Below are positions 57,586 through 64,000 of a stretch of DNA of 64,000 nt, piece after piece (within the stretch, counting starts at the first letter, position 1; each line of letters opens with the position of its first letter). The notes under the pieces are model-generated. The model saw only the letters and a program-made list of their open reading frames with translations, was not told where the DNA came from and ran no database searches. The translations under genes and the position numbers were made by a program. Origin of the DNA: Geopsychrobacteraceae bacterium (GTDB lineage Bacteria; Desulfobacterota; Desulfuromonadia; Desulfuromonadales; Geopsychrobacteraceae); contig CAXXTB010000001.1 of assembly GCA_963676795.2 (NCBI GenBank), forward strand, positions 32,001 to 96,000, given 5' to 3'.

Positions 57586-59025
57586 ATGGCCCGAAAAAAG
57601 TATTTCATTGCGCTGCTGACCGGCCTGCTGGTCGTCGGTTTTCTGTTTACCAGCATCGTCAGCTACTTTGTCGCACAAAGGTCACTGAGCGAACAGATCG
57701 CCGGCAACACACTGCCCCTGACCAGCGACAATATCTACTCGGAAATTCAGCAGGATCTGCTCAGGCCGATCTTTATCTCGTCACTGATGGCTCATGATAC
57801 CTTTGTCCGGGACTGGGTTTTGAATGGGGAGCTGAACCCTGAGCAGATGACCCGCTATCTGCGCGAGATCCAGAAACGCTACGCGACCGTAACCAGCTTC
57901 TTCGTCTCCGACAAATCCTACAATTACTATCATTCGAGCGGGATTCTCAAAACCGTCAGCCCGGAGGATGACCAGGACCGCTGGTATTTCAACATGCCTT
58001 CGTTCGTTGCCGACTATCAGATCAATATTGACCGCGACACCGCAGACCTTGCGAACATGACGGTTTTTATCAACCACAAAGTCTACGACTATCATGGCGA
58101 CTATATCGGCACTATCGGTGTCGGCCTGGGGGTCACTTCGGTTAAAGAACTGATCGAAATCTATCAGCAGCGTTACGGCCGGACGATCTTCTTTACCGAT
58201 CGGCAGGGGGAACTGACTCTGGTCGGAAACGGCTATAAAGGCCCGCAAAACCTGCGTAACTTCCCCGGCCTTGCCCCTTTCGTGACCCAGGTTCTCACCG
58301 CACCGAGCAGCTCCCTCTCCTTCGACAACGGCCACCGCAAAGTTTACTTCAACAGCCGCGTGGTTGAAGATTTCAACTGGTACCTGATTGTTCTTGAACA
58401 AGGCGCTGCCGGTGAGCAGCGCATTGAGAACGCCCTCTGGATCAACATCGCCATCAGCCTGATCATTACCCTGGTTGTCCTGACCATAGCCGGAATCACG
58501 GTCGGAAACTATCAGAAAAAACTTGAAGCGCTGGCGACTACAGACCGGCTGACCGGCCTGACGGCCAGACAGATGTTCGATGTTCTGTTCAATCAGGCAT
58601 ACAAGGCCAATCTCAGGCGCCGCACCGCCCTGTCGGTAATTTTGATCGACATCGATCACTTCAAGCAGGTCAATGACACCTACGGACATCCGGCCGGAGA
58701 CCAGGTCCTGCGGGGGGTTGCTGATGCGCTCAACGAAGTCGTCAGGGGGGATGAAGTGATCTTCCGCTGGGGGGGCGAGGAATTTCTGGTCCTGCTCTCC
58801 GACTGCTCTCTCGAACAGGCGCAAAGAACGGCCGAACGCTTCAGGGCCCGGATTGAAGAGCTGACCCTCTATCGCGGCGATACCAGCCTGAAGGTGACAA
58901 TCAGCCTTGGGGCGGCACAGATGCACGACGGCGAAACCGTTGACACCCTGATCTCACGCGCCGACAAAGCTCTCTACAAAGCCAAAAACAGCGGCCGCAA
59001 TCAGATTCAAATCGCCGAGGACTGA
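57586..59025 (+). CDS. Cache-type sensor diguanylate cyclase
   Basis: Two TM segments around a periplasmic domain; TDRLTG, DIDHFKQVNDTYGH..GD, RWGGEEF. Confidence 0.92.
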   Translation: MARKKYFIALLTGLLVVGFLFTSIVSYFVAQRSLSEQIAGNTLPLTSDNIYSEIQQDLLRPIFISSLMAHDTFVRDWVLNGELNPEQMTRYLREIQKRYATVTSFFVSDKSYNYYHSSGILKTVSPEDDQDRWYFNMPSFVADYQINIDRDTADLANMTVFINHKVYDYHGDYIGTIGVGLGVTSVKELIEIYQQRYGRTIFFTDRQGELTLVGNGYKGPQNLRNFPGLAPFVTQVLTAPSSSLSFDNGHRKVYFNSRVVEDFNWYLIVLEQGAAGEQRIENALWINIAISLIITLVVLTIAGITVGNYQKKLEALATTDRLTGLTARQMFDVLFNQAYKANLRRRTALSVILIDIDHFKQVNDTYGHPAGDQVLRGVADALNEVVRGDEVIFRWGGEEFLVLLSDCSLEQAQRTAERFRARIEELTLYRGDTSLKVTISLGAAQMHDGETVDTLISRADKALYKAKNSGRNQIQIAED

Positions 59026-59154
59026 TTCAGAAGTGGATATCTCTGAAATTCCAGGGCGATACTCGGCTCTCGTAATTTCAAAACTAATCCTGGCTGATGT
59101 CTAAAGGAGCCCCAGTTATGCTAGAATTCAAAATCTAGCCTAAGGGAGGAACCG

Positions 59155-62100
59155 ATGAGGCGCTGGCAAAAAATTTCTCTGATCTGTCTGGCTGTTATTG
59201 TCGGCCTGATGCTCCTGTCGATGCTGGTCGTACCCTGGCAGCTGAAAAAGCAGGGAACCAACTGGATTGCCCAGAATACCGACCGGACCCTGAGTATTGA
59301 AAAAGCCTACTTCAACCCGTTCACACTGACGGTTGAAGTTGACGGCGTCAAACTGAGTGAGCAGAACACAGCTGCCCCCTTTGTCAGCTTTTCCAGACTG
59401 ACGCTCTCGGTCAGTTCCAGATCGCTGATCGACTGGGCACTGATCCTCGATCGCGTCGAACTTGATGATCCATTCGTAAATATCGCACGGCTGTCCAGGG
59501 AAGAATTCAATTTCTCCGACTTCACCCGGCTGGGAGGGGACAACCCTGAGCAAGAGGACAAAACTGCTGAAAAAGAAGACAAACCCCTTCACTTTTCACT
59601 GAACAACATCGTCATCAGGAACGGCAGCCTTGACTTTCATGACCAGGCCTCTGAACGGGAGTCCCATCACCAGGTCAGGCAATTCGACCTGAGCGTTCCC
59701 TTTATCGGCAACGTCCCCTACCTGGCCGACGTCTATGTCAAACCGGCGCTGTTCATGTTCCTCAACGGTGCCGAAGTCAAGGCGACCGGCGAACTCAAGC
59801 CATTTCATGATTCACTGGAGACCAATCTTGACGTCTCCTTTCACGGCATCAAACTCCCCTTCTATGCCGAGCAATCCCCGCTTGCCCTGCCGTTGCGCGT
59901 CGAAGACGGTGACATCGATTTCCACCTGGGACTCTCCTACCTGGTCTCTGCCTCAGAGGAGCCGCAACTGCTGATCAACGGCGAGTTCGCCATGTCCGAC
60001 CTGGTCCTCAAACAACTGGACGGTTCTGACCTGTTCTCGATGGAAACCCTGATCATCGATCTCGAAGAAGCCAATATCTTCAAGCAACAGGCGCATTTCC
60101 TGGCGATCGACATCTACACGCCGGAACTGTCCGTTGAACATGATGCCGACGGCCTGTGGACCTGGCAGAAACTGCTGCCCGACAGCACACCAGCTGCTGA
60201 AAATTCGGCCAGTTCAGAGGAGACTTCAGCAGCGCAGCTGCCGCAGGTCCTGATTGACAGTTTTGCGATCCATGAAGGATCAATCCGCTATCGAGATGAC
60301 ACTGTGCCGGAAGGTTTCAATGAAGATGTCGAGCAGATCAACCTGACCCTGACCCGGCTCTCGACCTACCCTGAGCAGCAGACCTTAGCCGAGTTGAAAC
60401 TGCTGACCGGGCGCAAGGCCCAACTGGGAGTCAGCGGTGATTTCACCATCACCCCTCTGCAGGCCAATGTCGATGTGCTGCTCAACGGCATAGCACTTGA
60501 ACCGTTTTACCCTTACCTGGCCGGCCAGCTGACGGCGCCACTCAAAGGAACCGTCAACCTCGGTGGCCATATCCGCTATACGCTCGACGGCAATGTCCTG
60601 GCCGAGCAGATTCAGGTCGGACTCCACGACTTCCGCGCCCCCTTTGGCGAGCAGGACTATTTTTCCCTGCCGCTGCTCAGTCTGACCGGCAGTTCCTTCG
60701 ACCTCAACGGCCAGAGTATCAAGCTGGGTGAGCTGATCCTGCAGCAGGGGGATGCACAGATCACCCGCCTGGCCGATGGCAGTGTTTCGCCGCTGTTGCT
60801 GATCAAGCCGCAACCCGAGTCCAGCGCCGAACCGCAACAGGTGAAACAGACGAACGAAAACACCTGGCAGCTGAACCTGGCACAACTGAAGCTGGACGCT
60901 TTCAAACTCAAGTTCACCGATGAAACAGACTCACGCACCCCGGTTGTCAGCGTTCCGGAGTTCAACCTGAGCGCCGCCGACCTGTCCTACCCGAAAGCTC
61001 AGCTGGCGCCGTTCAGCATCAACGCCAGAATCGGCAAGAAGGGAACTGTCGCCGTCAGGGGGAAAGTCCGTCATACGCCGCTGCAGCTCAATGCGACAAC
61101 CGATATCAAGGCCTTCCCGCTGGCTGACTTCAATGATTTCATTCCGCCCGACCTGAACCTGAAGCTCAAGGACGGCAAACTCTATACCACGCTGAAAACC
61201 GCTGTCAGCCAGCAGGACAACAACCTCCTGGGCGATTTCAGTGGTGGCCTGAACGTCAGCGATTTCAACCTGCGCGATCCGCTGGGCAGCGGCGAGATGC
61301 TCAGCTGGAAAAACCTCAACCTGAACAGTATCGAGGGGACACTCAACCCTTTTGCGCTGAGAATCAAAGAGCTGACTCTAAGTGATTATCTGGCCAACAT
61401 CACCATCAACGAAGAAGGACGCATCAACCTGACCGGCCTCACCGCAGAAGAAGATTCCAACGAGGCTGAACCTGGAGCAGAACAGAAGGCCGAACCCGTT
61501 GTTGCAGAAGAGAAAGGGGCAGGTCCCGCACCCGATATCCGTATCGACGCGCTGACCCTCCAGGGCGGAACGGTCTCCTTCATCGACCGCCACATGCCGA
61601 GCACCTTTGCCACCACCATGTATCAGCTCGGTGGCCGGATTTCCGGCATGACCTCAGATCCTGAGATGCAGGCCGATGTCGATCTGCGCGGCCAATTGGA
61701 AAACCACTCGCCGCTGTCCATCACCGGCAAGCTCAACCCCCTGAGCAGGGACCTCTTTGCCGACCTGACGCTCAGTTTCAAAGACATCGACCTGACGCCG
61801 ATGAGTCCCTATTCCGGAACCTACGTCGGCTACATCATCGCCAAGGGCAAATTGAACCTGGACCTGGACTACCACATTGAGCATCAGCAGATCGATGCCG
61901 ACAACCGGGTGATGATCGATCAATTCACCTTTGGCGACAGGGTTGAAAGCGACAAAGCCACCTCCCTGCCGGTCGGTCTGGCGATTGCCCTGCTTAAGGA
62001 CAAGAACGACGAAATTCACCTCGACATTCCGATTTCCGGCAACCTCAACGACCCCAAGTTCAGCATCGCCGGTGCGGTCTGGACCATCGTCAGGAACCTG

Positions 62101-62724
62101 CTGGTCAAAGCGGCAACCTCGCCGTTTGCCCTGCTATCGGCGCTAGGCGGTGGCGATCAGGATTTCAGCAGCGTTGATTTCGCCAACGGGGTGGCGACGC
62201 TTGATGACAAACAGCTGGAGAAACTGCAGAGTCTGGCCAAGATGCTCTCCGATCGACCCGGGCTGACCCTGGAAATCACTGGTTTTGCCGATGCGGACAA
62301 CGATCCTGAAGCCTATCGCCAGGCTCAGCTGCAACGGATGATCAGCCAGGCCAAGTTTGCTGAGCTGGCCGATGAAGGGAAAACTCCGGAATCGATCAGC
62401 GATGTCACAGTCAGTGCGGAGGAATACCCCGACTACCTTCTGCAGGTCTACAAGGATGCGGAGTTCCCCCGTCCACGCAACGTTATCGGCATGCTCAAGG
62501 ATCTCCCCGATGAAGAAATGGAGAAGTTACTGCTGGCCAATATCATCGCCGGTGAAGAGCAGATTGCCGGGCTGGCTAAGAATCGCGCCCTGAGGGTACG
62601 CAACACCCTGGAAGAACTCAATCCGGAATTGAAGCCGCGCCTCTTCCTGAAGAGCGGTGACATCTACCAAAAACCGGAGACAGGCCCGGCCAGCCGGGTT
62701 GAGTTCAGCATTTCAGCAAAGTAG
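59155..62724 (+). CDS. DUF748 (AsmA-like) repeat protein with OmpA-like C-terminal region
   Basis: N-terminal anchor, FNPFTL, FNFSD, repeated beta-rich units, SPYSGTYVGY, LPVGLAIALLKD, KAATSPF, RVEF. Confidence 0.85.
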   Translation: MRRWQKISLICLAVIVGLMLLSMLVVPWQLKKQGTNWIAQNTDRTLSIEKAYFNPFTLTVEVDGVKLSEQNTAAPFVSFSRLTLSVSSRSLIDWALILDRVELDDPFVNIARLSREEFNFSDFTRLGGDNPEQEDKTAEKEDKPLHFSLNNIVIRNGSLDFHDQASERESHHQVRQFDLSVPFIGNVPYLADVYVKPALFMFLNGAEVKATGELKPFHDSLETNLDVSFHGIKLPFYAEQSPLALPLRVEDGDIDFHLGLSYLVSASEEPQLLINGEFAMSDLVLKQLDGSDLFSMETLIIDLEEANIFKQQAHFLAIDIYTPELSVEHDADGLWTWQKLLPDSTPAAENSASSEETSAAQLPQVLIDSFAIHEGSIRYRDDTVPEGFNEDVEQINLTLTRLSTYPEQQTLAELKLLTGRKAQLGVSGDFTITPLQANVDVLLNGIALEPFYPYLAGQLTAPLKGTVNLGGHIRYTLDGNVLAEQIQVGLHDFRAPFGEQDYFSLPLLSLTGSSFDLNGQSIKLGELILQQGDAQITRLADGSVSPLLLIKPQPESSAEPQQVKQTNENTWQLNLAQLKLDAFKLKFTDETDSRTPVVSVPEFNLSAADLSYPKAQLAPFSINARIGKKGTVAVRGKVRHTPLQLNATTDIKAFPLADFNDFIPPDLNLKLKDGKLYTTLKTAVSQQDNNLLGDFSGGLNVSDFNLRDPLGSGEMLSWKNLNLNSIEGTLNPFALRIKELTLSDYLANITINEEGRINLTGLTAEEDSNEAEPGAEQKAEPVVAEEKGAGPAPDIRIDALTLQGGTVSFIDRHMPSTFATTMYQLGGRISGMTSDPEMQADVDLRGQLENHSPLSITGKLNPLSRDLFADLTLSFKDIDLTPMSPYSGTYVGYIIAKGKLNLDLDYHIEHQQIDADNRVMIDQFTFGDRVESDKATSLPVGLAIALLKDKNDEIHLDIPISGNLNDPKFSIAGAVWTIVRNLLVKAATSPFALLSALGGGDQDFSSVDFANGVATLDDKQLEKLQSLAKMLSDRPGLTLEITGFADADNDPEAYRQAQLQRMISQAKFAELADEGKTPESISDVTVSAEEYPDYLLQVYKDAEFPRPRNVIGMLKDLPDEEMEKLLLANIIAGEEQIAGLAKNRALRVRNTLEELNPELKPRLFLKSGDIYQKPETGPASRVEFSISAK

Positions 62725-62725
62725 G

Positions 62726-63541
62726 ATGATGAAACAGGTTCTGCTCGTCTGTTGTCTGTTGCTGACTGTTCCGTTCTCTTGTCATGCCTCCCCCCTGCTC
62801 AGCGGTCAACTGACCCAGGGGGGACTGGCTCACGGCCGGACAGAACCGGAGCATCAGGTCATTTATAATGAACGAAGTGTCCCCGTGAACAAAGATGGTC
62901 TTTTCATCATCGGTTTTGGCCGTGATGAAGAACCAGAGCAGAGTTTGACGATCATCGGGCCGGACGGCCAAGCCCGGGTCGAAACCTTTAAAATTTCCCG
63001 GCGCACTTACCAGATTGAGCGGATCAACGGGATCAGTCAAAGGATGATGGAACCTTCCGAGGAGGATCTGCAACGCATCGGCCAGGAAACGGAACTGGCC
63101 TCTGAAGCCCGCCAGATCTCCAGCTCACTCCCCTTTTTCCAGGACAAGTTCATCTGGCCGGTCACCGGCAGGATCAGCGGCGTCTACGGCAGCCAGCGGA
63201 TCATCAACGGCGAGCCACGCCGCCCGCATTACGGCATCGACATCGCAGCGACCAAGGGAACCCCTGTCATCGCCCCGGCCGGCGGGATCGTCACCCTGAT
63301 CCATGCCGGCATGTTCTTCTCCGGCAAGACCCTGATCATCGATCACGGCTTCGGCCTCTCATCCAGCTTTCTGCATCTCGACCGGATCCTCGTCAAAGAG
63401 GGGGACGAGGTCAGCCAGGGGCAGAGAATCGCCAGCGTCGGCGCGACCGGCCGGGTGACCGGTCCGCACCTCGACTGGCGGGTCAACTGGTTTCAGGAGC
63501 GGCTCGACCCGGCCCTGCTGGTACCGCCTATGGAACCCTAG
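62726..63541 (+). CDS. M23 family metallopeptidase
   Basis: Signal peptide; HYGID (HxxxD), IIDHG, TGPHL. Confidence 0.9.
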   Translation: MMKQVLLVCCLLLTVPFSCHASPLLSGQLTQGGLAHGRTEPEHQVIYNERSVPVNKDGLFIIGFGRDEEPEQSLTIIGPDGQARVETFKISRRTYQIERINGISQRMMEPSEEDLQRIGQETELASEARQISSSLPFFQDKFIWPVTGRISGVYGSQRIINGEPRRPHYGIDIAATKGTPVIAPAGGIVTLIHAGMFFSGKTLIIDHGFGLSSSFLHLDRILVKEGDEVSQGQRIASVGATGRVTGPHLDWRVNWFQERLDPALLVPPMEP

Positions 63542-63562
63542 AGGCCTTAATTGGTAACCTGC

Positions 63563-63667
63563 CAGTCTCCGGCATCCTCCTTTCCAGGGACGCATGAACC
63601 CATCCGTGGGGCTTGGCTGTCGCCATCCGGGCGCCAGGCACCCTTCCAAGGAGGATACCGAAGCCTG
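63563..63667. repeat. Palindromic intergenic element (REP/MITE-like) between convergent genes
   Basis: Terminal stem cggcatcctcctt/aaggaggataccg (12/13) enclosing GGGACGCATGAACCCATCC and short internal hairpins. Confidence 0.55.
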
Positions 63668-63689
63668 ATTGAGCGTGAGTGAAAAATAC

Positions 63690-64000
63690 TCAGTAGACCC
63701 TGCGCTTGGAGAAGGTCGAGCCGAGTACACTGAAGGTATTCTCAACAATAAACAGGGCATCGTCATCGATGGTAAAGACGATCTCTTCCAGTTTCTTGAG
63801 CTGGATATTGTTGATGACGACCATCAGCACGGTGCGGTCCTGTTTGTGATAGGCCCCCACCCCCGGCAGCATGGTGGTGCCGATCTTCAGATCGCTCATG
63901 ATCCGCTCGGCGACCTGATCCGGTTGCCCCGAAATAATAAAGGTCAGCTTGCGCTGGTTGAACATGGAAAGGACATAATCGACGGTCATCGATGAAGCAA
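63690..64000 (-). CDS. YitT family membrane protein (DUF2179 C-terminus); 5' end outside the window
   Basis: DYVL..FNQRK..FIIS, GTT.L.GVGAY, IDDDALFIV..TFSVLG. Confidence 0.85.
   Translation of the reverse strand, partial: ASSMTVDYVLSMFNQRKLTFIISGQPDQVAERIMSDLKIGTTMLPGVGAYHKQDRTVLMVVINNIQLKKLEEIVFTIDDDALFIVENTFSVLGSTFSKRRVY

Noticed and set aside
41197..59025. Either GGDEF protein as the cGAMP synthase (Hypr/GacA type)
   Set aside because: Both keep Asp at the specificity position (GHDVGD, GHPAGD); Hypr enzymes have Ser/Thr there

Overview
A 64-kb, GC-rich bacterial chromosomal window, most likely from a Desulfuromonadales (Geobacter/Desulfuromonas/Pelobacter-type) organism; this is inferred from the sfrBA pair and a GEMM-I riboswitch. 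Bases 1-21948 (minus strand, running off the left edge) form one tightly coupled operon of at least 22 genes for an unusual lipid or polyketide. It encodes FabG, three intact ketosynthases plus a chain-length-factor-like subunit, one ACP, two hotdog dehydratases, a thioesterase, a phytoene-desaturase-like FAD enzyme, a PlsC-type acyltransferase, a TAL-like ammonia-lyase with an aryl-CoA ligase, an MMPL/LolA-like/lipoprotein export module, three tandem cobalamin-binding radical SAM enzymes, a GT-B glycosyltransferase and an alpha/beta-hydrolase that the ORF track missed. The rest is mostly housekeeping (xth, recQ, sfrAB, rpe, rsmB, htpX, fmt, def, tcdA, tatD, pncAB, folA, pyrC) and signalling genes. 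The non-coding DNA holds three highlights. (1) A GEMM-I riboswitch with the A20 (3',3'-cGAMP-type) signature precedes a TonB-dependent receptor / YfiR / HAMP-GGDEF-EAL operon. (2) A hairpin repeat family with compensatory base changes fills the sfrB-sfrA spacer and recurs near 52.3-52.5 kb. (3) A consensus sigma-54 promoter with two candidate enhancer sites precedes a chemoreceptor. No tRNA, rRNA, CRISPR, integrase or transposase was seen. All family assignments come from motif reading and recall, not database searches.
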